Below are positions 9,370-16,545 of a stretch of DNA of 24,720 nt, piece by piece; the first letter of the stretch is position 1; every line of letters begins with the position of its first letter. This DNA is from a virus (lineage: Duplodnaviria > Caudoviricetes), in the IMG/VR virus record IMGVR_UViG_3300025124_000038, positions 1 to 24,720 of that record. One strand, given 5' to 3'. The notes under the pieces are model-generated. The model was not told the DNA's origin. It saw only the letters and a program-made list of their open reading frames with translations, and did no database searches. The position numbers and the translations under genes were made by a program.

Positions 9370-9921
9370 TCACAGCAACTCCAAGTCTTTTCGAAGCTCT
9401 CTAGCCATCTCGCCAAAAACCATTTGGCACAGTGTGTCAATCTCTCCACTGAGCCAGTAAGCGTCATCCACGTACTCAGTGCGCACCAGGCGGTTAAGCG
9501 GTATGTGGCCAGACCCCAGGCAGGCTGGGCACTCACGGCTCTCGTCGATCACTGGTGAATTAGGAATCAGCGGATGACCATGCCCGCCGCAGGTCAAGCA
9601 AGCCGGGTGGCGCCACCACTTCAGCACGGCCATTGCTACGTCTTTGGCGGCCAGCTCTGGCATCGTCTTGCCATCACGCGCAAAAGAGCGCTTCCTGAGC
9701 CACCTGCCCATCATCTCAGCCACTTCATTGGCTCCCGTCATGTGGTCTGAGACCAACACCCCCCACACCGCCAGTGCCACGGACTTGCGCTCACTGCGCT
9801 TTGCAACGATACCTGCAGCAATCAGCACATCAGCACTTCCAATGCGGTCAGGGGTCAATCGCAAGTCGCTGGTCGTGCGTGCGCCAAAGTAGCGCTCCTG
9901 CATTGAGCGTCCGGTAGCCAT
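9370..9921 (-). CDS. Late antiterminator Q-like protein (183 aa)
   Basis: Two CxxCxGxG zinc-binding motifs (CLTCGGHG, CPACLGSG) as in lambda Q; sits between a RusA-like gene and a promoter/terminator/terS region. Confidence 0.65.
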   Translation of the reverse strand: MATGRSMQERYFGARTTSDLRLTPDRIGSADVLIAAGIVAKRSERKSVALAVWGVLVSDHMTGANEVAEMMGRWLRKRSFARDGKTMPELAAKDVAMAVLKWWRHPACLTCGGHGHPLIPNSPVIDESRECPACLGSGHIPLNRLVRTEYVDDAYWLSGEIDTLCQMVFGEMARELRKDLELL

Positions 9922-9983
9922 CAGGCAACACCCTTATCGGCTACAGCCAGGGCTTTTTTGTTAATGTGCTGCCTGTGTGTCAT
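9921..9983 (-). CDS. 20-codon mini-ORF MTHRQHINKKALAVADKGVA
   Basis: Start overlaps the RusA-like stop (ATGA), stop overlaps the Q-like start (TGATG); GAGGAG upstream. Confidence 0.4.
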   Translation of the reverse strand: MTHRQHINKKALAVADKGVA

Positions 9984-10399
9984 ACGCTCTCCTCGTAAGC
10001 GGTCAATCGAACTTTGATAAAACCACCAATTTGATCTTTGACAAAAGGCCTGAGAACAAACCTCTTGTCATCAATCCCCAGCGCCAGCGCCAGCCCATCG
10101 CGCCCCGCCTTGAAACTGGCGATTATGTTGTCGTCATCGCGTGCACGGCGATCTGGCGGGTAAACATCAAGCCACAGCGCGATCCTTTGTGAATCCGGAG
10201 CCACCATCCCAGCCTGTTTGCAAAGCGCCCAGCAAACCTCTTTGTAGGCCTTGGTCAACTTTGACTTAGCTGCCCAATGAAGCCTGGCGTTTGGGCTCAG
10301 CCCTTTGGGTGGCCACGGCAAAGTCAGCTCTTTTTTGAGGGAGGGTACCGGGTACCCTGCCTCTTTTTCAAGCGTTGCTGCGTTTAAGTTGTTTGGCAT
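9980..10399 (-). CDS. RusA-family Holliday junction resolvase (139 aa)
   Basis: LPWPP..LSPN, PPDRRARDDDN..K...DG and DD motifs of RusA-like endonucleases. The exact start is uncertain. Confidence 0.8.
   Translation of the reverse strand: MPNNLNAATLEKEAGYPVPSLKKELTLPWPPKGLSPNARLHWAAKSKLTKAYKEVCWALCKQAGMVAPDSQRIALWLDVYPPDRRARDDDNIIASFKAGRDGLALALGIDDKRFVLRPFVKDQIGGFIKVRLTAYEESV
10338..10363. repeat. Palindromic repeat, copy 2
   Basis: Identical to 6790-6815; lies in the 5' end of the RusA-like ORF. Confidence 0.95.
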
Positions 10400-10432
10400 A
10401 GGGCTAATTTTACTTTAAAATTCAGCTGTGTG

Positions 10433-10462
10433 TTGCTGTACTACAAACATTTGATATATAAT
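10433..10462 (+). promoter_or_regulatory. Sigma70-like promoter driving the structured RNA region
   Basis: TTGCTG (10433-10438), 18 nt spacer, perfect TATAAT (10457-10462). Confidence 0.6.
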
Positions 10463-10497
10463 TCTTTCCGTCAAGTGTTGCACCACACGACTACTTG

Positions 10498-10573
10498 AAG
10501 CCGTTTTCTCATGCGTTAGCCCGAAAGGGTTCCAGTGGTGCAACACTGGAGCGCAGCAGAAAACGGCTTTTTT
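10498..10573 (+). ncRNA. c4/CI-like antisense RNA cloverleaf, putative
   Basis: 12-bp closing stem AAGCCGTTTTCT/AGAAAACGGCTT plus U-tail; inner stem TGCGT/GCGCA; hairpins GCCC-GAAA-GGGT and TCCAGTG-GTGCAA-CACTGGA; 10535-10547 is the exact complement of 10474-10486. Confidence 0.55.
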
Positions 10574-10997
10574 GCTTTTCGATTGCGCCACTTGACCGTC
10601 AGGGCGCGTTAGCACATCGGGCAGCAATCTCCCAGTACCCACCAAATGACACACCCAGAAGCAGTCCGCAGTCTGGTGATGTTGATGGACTTATCCCCTG
10701 TGACCCGCAGGTCGGAGTAGCGAAAGCGAAACGGATATAGACAACGCCGCAAGGCGATTAACCAGCCCCAGCAATGGGGAATGTGGAAGTCCCAACAGCA
10801 ATGCTGGGTGCCCGACCCGGGGGCCACCATCCTCCCGGCATCGACAAGTTCCAAGGTAGCGGAGCGCCAGCCCGAAAGCCCAACCGGGCGCTGGTTTGTC
10901 GTAAAGGAGCCTTTGCACCGCAAGCCACCGGACATCCGGGTAGGTAGGTTCAAAGGGTAAGTGGAAGTGCGCGTGTCGTTTTAACCAAAGGAAACCC

Positions 10998-11333
10998 ATG
11001 GAATCCTTGCAACCCATTGACCATCCGCTTGCGCACCTTTCACACACACGGGAGTCTTCCTACGGAAGTCTCCAACGCGCGCACGTAGTTCCTGCTTCGC
11101 AGGGACTTCACGGATGCGCACGACCCAAGGGTTGCACTGGCCTCGCCCCACTGACTTGTCTTCCCGCGCCCAGGCGACTGGATAGAAACGCGCGACCCTC
11201 GTTGCACACAAGCCCACACACGCCTTCGCACACACTCACGCATCGTGCCCACGCAGTCTCCGACTTGTGCATGCACCATGCGCATAGGTCATGCGCAAGC
11301 ACATCGCGCGAGGCCAAAACGCAATACCCCTAA
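10998..11333 (+). CDS. Doubtful ORF (111 aa) inside the structured region
   Basis: Leader TTAACCAAAGGAAACCCATG resembles the early-gene leaders, but the His/Pro/Arg-rich product looks non-globular and the DNA is hairpin-rich. Confidence 0.25.
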   Translation: MESLQPIDHPLAHLSHTRESSYGSLQRAHVVPASQGLHGCARPKGCTGLAPLTCLPAPRRLDRNARPSLHTSPHTPSHTLTHRAHAVSDLCMHHAHRSCASTSREAKTQYP

Positions 11334-11409
11334 AGTTTGCTCAAGTTTACAAAACACGCCGTTTTCATTGGTGAACTGCACACTTTTGTTGCCGTTTTAG
11401 CATGATGAC

Positions 11410-11439
11410 TTGACACAATGTTTGCTTTACGGCTACACT
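11410..11439 (+). promoter_or_regulatory. Sigma70-like early promoter
   Basis: Perfect TTGACA (11410-11415), 18 nt spacer, TACACT (11434-11439); upstream of the early gene cluster. Confidence 0.65.
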
Positions 11440-11716
11440 TCATCCCATCGAACGGCATCGTCCGGATCGCCAGACCAGCAAAAACGGTCACCAGCTCTGC
11501 ACTCGGAGCTAACCAAAATAAACGGGTGGCACTTAGACCTGATGCATGCCAATGCACAGCGAGTGGGCTGGGAGAAGGTAACTGCGCCACCGATTGAAGC
11601 CGCAGTGAGGGTTAGCCCCCAAGAAAAACAAAACCGCAGGCGTCCAGGGGGCGCCGCCAGTTCTCTGGTGCAAGTGTATGGATGTGCACTTACACCAGCG
11701 TATTACTTAACTAGCA

Positions 11717-11743
11717 GCCACCTCGTAACGGTGGCATTTTTTT
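11717..11743 (+). terminator. Terminator-like hairpin just before the first early gene
   Basis: GCCACC-(7 nt)-GGTGGC followed by ATTTTTTT. Confidence 0.6.
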
Positions 11744-11758
11744 AACCAGGAGAAAACC

Positions 11759-11923
11759 ATGACACGAAAACACTTTGAAGCTTTGGCTCATGAAATTTCG
11801 AAACTTCCGCTTGCTAGTGAGAGGTTAGCCGCAGCCTTTGCTGTGGTAACAGCCTGCAGCCAGTTCAATCTGGCGTTTGATCCGCAGCGTTTTTACAAGG
11901 CATGCCAAGTGACGGATATCTAA
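11759..11923 (+). CDS. Small early phage protein (54 aa)
   Basis: Below the ORF-track cutoff. AGGAGAAAACC-ATG leader; MTRKHFEALAHEISKLPLASERLAAAFAVVTACSQFNLAFDPQRFYKACQVTDI. Confidence 0.8.
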   Translation: MTRKHFEALAHEISKLPLASERLAAAFAVVTACSQFNLAFDPQRFYKACQVTDI

Positions 11924-11924
11924 C

Positions 11925-12143
11925 ATGCACGACCGCCACACCCCACCGCCCACCAACCTGCGGGTCATCGGCCACACACCTGGCAGCCAGCCGCTGCATG
12001 CTTGGGATGAGGGCGAGCGCAGCTTCGAGCAGCGCTACGAAAGATTCACCGCACAGTCAGGCATCAAGTACGGTGTCAGCCTAGTTTACGAAGTCACCGC
12101 CGAGCGCCGCCTGGCTGCGCTGCAGTCCAACCAAATCGCCTAA
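11925..12143 (+). CDS. Hypothetical protein (72 aa)
   Basis: Starts 1 nt after the upstream stop and fills the gap to the next leader. Confidence 0.6.
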   Translation: MHDRHTPPPTNLRVIGHTPGSQPLHAWDEGERSFEQRYERFTAQSGIKYGVSLVYEVTAERRLAALQSNQIA

Positions 12144-12176
12144 AGCAATGCGCTTAGTCTTAACCAGGAGAAAACC

Positions 12177-12536
12177 ATGAGCTCATATGCAAGACGGCTT
12201 GAAGAAGCGCTTGAAAAACAACACCAAATCAAAGGCGAAATTGAATTCTTGCGGCTTCTGATCAAGAAAGAGAAAAAACAGACGGCTTGGTGCAGCAAGT
12301 CGCCAGACATCAAGGAACTCAAGAAAATGATGCCAAACCACTGGATAGACAACTGTGCTGGGCTGACTTACTTCGGAGTCACCTTGGAATGCGATGAGCG
12401 CATCACTCTTCCAGATGGTTGGGTGCATTTTGATAACGAAGTATGCGACACCAGCACGCTGGCTTCCCCCGTGTGTAAAAAATACAAAAAACACGGCGTC
12501 CCCATCCATGTGTACATCAACCAAAAGGTGTGCTAA
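12177..12536 (+). CDS. Hypothetical protein (119 aa)
   Basis: Conserved leader TTAACCAGGAGAAAACCATG. Confidence 0.75.
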   Translation: MSSYARRLEEALEKQHQIKGEIEFLRLLIKKEKKQTAWCSKSPDIKELKKMMPNHWIDNCAGLTYFGVTLECDERITLPDGWVHFDNEVCDTSTLASPVCKKYKKHGVPIHVYINQKVC

Positions 12537-12613
12537 ACCATGGAGAAGGCAGGCTTTGTTAAACCCATTTTGGTTTAACTAGCGTGTTAAACATTCAGCA
12601 TAAACCGCAAAAC

Positions 12614-12640
12614 AAAGCCTCGCAAGTCGGGGCTTTTTCT
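12614..12640 (+). terminator. Terminator-like hairpin in early operon
   Basis: AAAGCCTCG-CAAGT-CGGGGCTTT followed by TTCT. Confidence 0.6.
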
Positions 12641-12663
12641 TGTGCTTTAACTAGGAGAAAACC

Positions 12664-12942
12664 ATGGTTCGATACGACCTACCGTTTGCTGGTGACAGCG
12701 GCGAATTTTATGTTCCAGAAACCAGGGCTTACTTCACTTTCCGACCAGCGTCTGATGAGTGGGCGGCCAAGCACGACCTCATCCATGCGATTGACGTGCT
12801 CGACGGTATCCGCTTTGGCATTGTCCGCAAGGGTGTTGCCTACATCGCTATAGATGAGGATGCTTATGGACACCCGGTGCTGGAACGCTGGAGCATCACA
12901 AAACGCGTCACATATCGGTCTAACAAGTGTTTTTTTAACTAA
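12664..12942 (+). CDS. Hypothetical protein (92 aa)
   Basis: Leader TTAACTAGGAGAAAACCATG. Confidence 0.75.
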   Translation: MVRYDLPFAGDSGEFYVPETRAYFTFRPASDEWAAKHDLIHAIDVLDGIRFGIVRKGVAYIAIDEDAYGHPVLERWSITKRVTYRSNKCFFN

Positions 12943-12951
12943 GGAAATGCA

Positions 12952-13107
12952 ATGTTTATCAGAGAACAAATGGCTCAGTGGAGAGAGTTGCGTCAAGCTT
13001 ATTGCGAAGGCGAATTTCTTGATTATTACGTCTGGTCTCCAGTTTCGTGCAGGCACTCTTGCTGGACGATGCAGCCAAACCGCTACGGAAAATTGCTGTG
13101 GATTTGA
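12952..13107 (+). CDS. Small hypothetical protein (51 aa)
   Basis: Not in the track. TTAACTAAGGAAATGCA-ATG leader; MFIREQMAQWRELRQAYCEGEFLDYYVWSPVSCRHSCWTMQPNRYGKLLWI. Confidence 0.5.
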   Translation: MFIREQMAQWRELRQAYCEGEFLDYYVWSPVSCRHSCWTMQPNRYGKLLWI

Positions 13108-13187
13108 TGAGCCATTGATAACGCTCGATATGGCTTGTACATACGCCAGTCGATATTTCGCCAAACAACTTCACCTAGGAGAAAACC

Positions 13188-13709
13188 ATGGGTTGGTCAT
13201 TTGCATGTTCACCGCGCCACGACAAAAAAGCTTGTGTGGCCGAGCTCACCCGGCCCGGACGTTACAGCCCTGGCTACACCATGCTGCGCCATAGCGTAGT
13301 TGGCAACCACCTCTGGACACTCATCAAGTGCCCGGACGGCCGCACCATCATCGGCCTGGACCTGTTGGCCGGAGGCGGCAAGCATGGCATGGGCTGGGGT
13401 TACAAGAGCATGGACGAAGAGTCTAGCCCTTTCGTCTACGACTGCCCTCTTTCATTCCTCGATGCGGCCAGCGAGCCCAGGGGCTACGCCATCGAATGGC
13501 GCCTCAAAGTCAGGGAACACCACGCCCGCAAAACCAGCCACAAAGCCTTCGCCGGATAGGTAGTCTCTTACGGCAGCGACACCTACACACTGGTCGCCCC
13601 GGCCGGTCCTCGCAAGGGCTGGACGGTCACCAACAGCAGCGGCTGCCGCTACCGCATGAATGTCAAACAACTCGCCCAGGCCACCTGGGTCAACACGGAG
13701 GTCGCATGA
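13188..13709 (+). pseudogene. DUF6927-like protein interrupted by an in-frame TAG at 13557-13559
   Basis: Leader CCTAGGAGAAAACCATG; MGW start and GWGYKSMDEES.PFVYDCP motif. The frame stays open 49 codons past the TAG and ends in an ATGA overlap with the next gene. Confidence 0.6.
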
Positions 13710-13819
13710 AATACATCGTCAACGGCAAGCGCAAGTTTGCCACCCTGGCAGCGGCACTGGCTTATGCCGGCCGCATTTATCAACGCACCGGCAACATTGT
13801 TGCCGTGGAGGCATTATGA
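13706..13819 (+). CDS. Small hypothetical protein (37 aa)
   Basis: GGAGG RBS and ATGA overlaps at both ends; MKYIVNGKRKFATLAAALAYAGRIYQRTGNIVAVEAL (3' part of track ORF 13496..13819). Confidence 0.7.
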   Translation: MKYIVNGKRKFATLAAALAYAGRIYQRTGNIVAVEAL

Positions 13820-14055
13820 GAATCATCGCATACACCTATGACGCAGATGTGCATTGCCCAGCCTGCACCAAGAAAGTATCCCAGCGCATGCTGCTCGATC
13901 ACCACCACCCCTATGCCATGGGGACATCCATGAAAGATGATCACGGCCTTGAATATGACCTGGTTGACAGCGAAGGCAACCTGATCCATCCCGTGTTCAA
14001 CATCGACGAGCACGGCTTCACCCACTGTGGCGACTGCCACAAGGCACTGACATGA
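13816..14055 (+). CDS. Small putative zinc-binding protein (79 aa)
   Basis: GGAGG RBS; HCPAC...HCGDC; ATGA overlaps (3' part of track ORF 13660..14055). Confidence 0.7.
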   Translation: MRIIAYTYDADVHCPACTKKVSQRMLLDHHHPYAMGTSMKDDHGLEYDLVDSEGNLIHPVFNIDEHGFTHCGDCHKALT

Positions 14056-14252
14056 TCACCATCCACCAATCCAACCACGGCAAAGGCACCAACCGCTGGG
14101 TCGAACGCAACGGCGCCATCATCGCCACCATCCACCAGCATGCACCCTGGCCCAAGATGCCAGACAAGTGGAGCGTCAACTGGATGAGCGGCCGCGTCGA
14201 TTGGCACAACTCACTGGCAGATGCCCGTGACAACGCACTCAAAGGGATCTGA
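14052..14252 (+). CDS. Hypothetical protein (66 aa)
   Basis: ATGA overlap with the upstream gene; phage-like codon usage. Confidence 0.65.
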   Translation: MITIHQSNHGKGTNRWVERNGAIIATIHQHAPWPKMPDKWSVNWMSGRVDWHNSLADARDNALKGI

Positions 14253-14387
14253 CTCCAGCGTGCTGCACCGTGACAGGGTGCAGTGCAGTGGTGTCAAAAT
14301 GCTACTGCGCCAATGGTCGTAAACCATCACCGCCTGCAACCGGCCAGTTGCATCGCCCCGGCGAATCCGTGGATTAGGAAACTTATC

Positions 14388-14660
14388 ATGGCACAAGCTA
14401 ATCTTGCTCAAATTGTTCGGAACATTCAAGTCGGTATCTGGGACAACTTATCAGAAGTCATCACGGTTTACCCAGACCGAACACTTGTAAAGTCGTACAC
14501 AGTACGCTGGGTGAACAACAGCGGCTCATTGAAGCCAACTAACAAACGCATTACTGGCGCTCAGCACGTAGCCATCCTCCAGGCTATAAAAAACGCCGAA
14601 GCCGATGAGGTTGACCCAGAAGACTACATCATGGAAGTGATGGAGCATTACTACTACTGA
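14388..14660 (+). CDS. Hypothetical protein (90 aa)
   Basis: TAGGAA RBS before ATG 14388 (MAQANLAQIVRN...); acidic C-terminus. Confidence 0.65.
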   Translation: MAQANLAQIVRNIQVGIWDNLSEVITVYPDRTLVKSYTVRWVNNSGSLKPTNKRITGAQHVAILQAIKNAEADEVDPEDYIMEVMEHYYY

Positions 14661-14694
14661 AACGACCATGCCTCTGGAGTGATAGCGCCACAGC

Positions 14695-14720
14695 AAAGCC
14701 ACCTACGGGTGGTTTTTTTT
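14695..14720 (+). terminator. Terminator-like hairpin upstream of ardA
   Basis: AAAGCCACC-TACG-GGTGGTTT with T8; cUACGg tetraloop. Confidence 0.7.
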
Positions 14721-14782
14721 CGTTCAAAAACAGGAGAAAACATGGGATCAATCTGGCACACCACCTTACTAAGGAGCACATC

Positions 14783-15295
14783 ATGACCACACCACGCGTC
14801 TACGTCGGCACATACGCAAAATATAACAGCGGGTCGCTCGAAGGCAAGTGGCTTGACCTCGAAGACTACTCTGGCATAGACGAGTTTGAAGAGGCGTGCC
14901 AAGAGCTGCACGGCGACGGAGAGCACGAATTCATGTACCAAGACTGGGAGGGTATCCCCGGCCAGTTCATCAGCGAATCGCACCTTGATCCGGAGGTCTG
15001 GGACGCATGGGTCAACCTGGATCAGGACGACAAAAATATTCTTGAGGTGTACCTTGATTCGATTGATTCATCCGGCACGCTTGACGCAGCAAAAGAAGCC
15101 TTCTTAGGCGAGTTTGGCAGTGAAGAAGATTGGTCTCAAGACTATTGGGAATCATCTGGCATGCTGTCTGGAATACCCGAAAACCTGCGCTACTACATTG
15201 ATCACGCAGCCTACGCAAGAGACTGTCGTATGAGCGGCGACGTCACGTTTGTCGAAAAGGGTGGAATGGTTTTTGTCTTCAGCAACAACGGTTGA
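14783..15295 (+). CDS. ardA: Antirestriction protein ArdA (DNA mimic, type I R-M inhibitor; 170 aa)
   Basis: VYVGTYAKYNSGSLEGKWLDL N-terminus, QDWEGIP, LRYYIDHAAYARD C-terminus; strongly acidic; TAAGGAG RBS. Confidence 0.92.
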   Translation: MTTPRVYVGTYAKYNSGSLEGKWLDLEDYSGIDEFEEACQELHGDGEHEFMYQDWEGIPGQFISESHLDPEVWDAWVNLDQDDKNILEVYLDSIDSSGTLDAAKEAFLGEFGSEEDWSQDYWESSGMLSGIPENLRYYIDHAAYARDCRMSGDVTFVEKGGMVFVFSNNG

Positions 15296-15316
15296 TCCAC
15301 ATCCCAACATCACCAT

Positions 15317-15344
15317 AGCCACTGTTTTGCAGTGGCTTTTTTTT
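15317..15344 (+). terminator. Terminator-like hairpin downstream of ardA
   Basis: AGCCACTG-TTTTG-CAGTGGCT followed by a T-run. Confidence 0.7.
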
Positions 15345-15374
15345 GGTCCAACTATTCCATCTAAGGAACACATC

Positions 15375-15629
15375 ATGCAAATTGACACCCGTATTGCAGG
15401 CATCCCCTGCATTGTTGACGTCACCTACTACGAACCCGTCATCCCTGGCAGGCGCTGGGGAAACATTGACAACTGGGAACCCGATACCGGTGGCGATTTG
15501 GACTATGTCATCTGCGACCGTCGTGGCCGCGAAGCACCGTGGCTCGCTCGCAAACTCACCGACAGCGACGCCGAGAAGCTCGAAATCGAAATCTTGCAAC
15601 ACATCGAAGAGGCTCAAGATGAATACTAA
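15375..15629 (+). CDS. Hypothetical phage protein (84 aa)
   Basis: TAAGGA RBS; MQIDTRIAGIPC...DRRGREAPWLARKLT. Confidence 0.75.
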   Translation: MQIDTRIAGIPCIVDVTYYEPVIPGRRWGNIDNWEPDTGGDLDYVICDRRGREAPWLARKLTDSDAEKLEIEILQHIEEAQDEY

Positions 15630-15885
15630 CCTGCACCCAGTCTTCGCCCAGGCGCTGGCGCCTTTCCTTCACTCACCTGCGCCAATGGTGCGCAGGGTTC
15701 GCCACCCCAACCTGACACGTAGCGAAGACCAGCTACTCGCAGCACTGCAGCTCATGAAAAACTGGGTCATCTCCCACGCCGAACCCTGTGTTTCTGGGCG
15801 CGGCGACATGTACGCCAGCCTCCAGCGTGACCTTGCCATTGCAGAAGAAGCCATCCAAGAAGCAACATCAGGAAACGAAAAATGA
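15619..15885 (+). CDS. Hypothetical protein (88 aa)
   Basis: AGAGG RBS; MNTNLHPVFAQALAPF start; overlaps neighbours. Confidence 0.7.
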   Translation: MNTNLHPVFAQALAPFLHSPAPMVRRVRHPNLTRSEDQLLAALQLMKNWVISHAEPCVSGRGDMYASLQRDLAIAEEAIQEATSGNEK

Positions 15886-16151
15886 AAAATATCAAAATAC
15901 TGGCCGCAAACATGCGCCGGGCTTTTATCGATCGTGAGTCCGTGACCATCGGAGGTGGAAGATTTACACCAGAAGAACTCAGGGATGGTGGCATTGCGCT
16001 CAAAGCATTCCCTGATTTACTTGATGCCTTGCATTTAGCCCTGCCTTTACTTGAAGACTGTGCAGAAGACGACTGCTACAAGCCAGGCTATGTCGGCAAG
16101 ACGCTTGACAAAATCAAGGCAGCCATTGAAAAAGCAGGAGAAACCCATTGA
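15882..16151 (+). CDS. Hypothetical protein (89 aa)
   Basis: ATGA overlap; AFPDLLDAL...AAIEKAG pattern common in small phage early proteins. Confidence 0.7.
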   Translation: MKNIKILAANMRRAFIDRESVTIGGGRFTPEELRDGGIALKAFPDLLDALHLALPLLEDCAEDDCYKPGYVGKTLDKIKAAIEKAGETH

Positions 16152-16363
16152 ACAAACTCATCGACAACGGCAACTACACCATGCGTCTGCAAGTCAGCAA
16201 ACTTGATTCGCCACTGGATTATTTTTGGGTCAGCTTCACCTCGGAGCTGGCCACGGCAAAAAAACCCAAAGACCAACAAACCCTATTTACCACCCTGCTC
16301 GATCGCACACAATTCACAAAGCTGCGTGATCTGATCGACCTGCAACTCCTGGAGACAACATGA
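16148..16363 (+). CDS. Hypothetical protein (71 aa, TTG start)
   Basis: AGGAGAAACCCA-TTG leader; overlaps both neighbours by 4 nt. Confidence 0.65.
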   Translation: MNKLIDNGNYTMRLQVSKLDSPLDYFWVSFTSELATAKKPKDQQTLFTTLLDRTQFTKLRDLIDLQLLETT

Positions 16364-16545
16364 TCAAAGTGATCTTAAACGCACTGCGCAAACCCAGTGC
16401 TCAAACCATCGCAGCGCAAGAGCTCGAAGAAGCCAAGCGCGACCTGCTATTAGCCCAATCAGCGGCCGAATACGCAACCCAAATCAGCCAGTATCACCTG
16501 GCCAGAATCAAGCGTCTCTCTGAGTACACAAAGGAGCCCCAATGA
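16360..16545 (+). CDS. Hypothetical helical protein (61 aa)
   Basis: GGAG RBS; ATGA overlaps. Confidence 0.7.
   Translation: MIKVILNALRKPSAQTIAAQELEEAKRDLLLAQSAAEYATQISQYHLARIKRLSEYTKEPQ

Noticed and set aside
10498-10573. Cloverleaf as a tRNA
   Set aside because: No T-loop GTTC motif, D-loop or CCA end; a 12-bp closing stem with U-tail fits an antisense or terminator RNA instead.
10415-11745. Overlapping short ORFs on both strands in the control region
   Set aside because: Cys/Arg/Trp-rich implausible products with GTG/TTG starts and no RBS; hairpin density explains the region better. Only 10998..11333 is kept, at low confidence.
11742-13190. Repeated leaders or palindromes as a CRISPR array or integron attC sites
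   Set aside because: Spacing is gene-sized and irregular, there are no cas or integrase genes, and the leaders lack attC-type dyad structure.
13557-13559. Genome-wide TAG recoding as the explanation for the internal amber codon
   Set aside because: TAG serves as a normal stop for several genes (349, 17785, cI at 18050, cro at 19042, primase at 23485), and the long genes are not fragmented.
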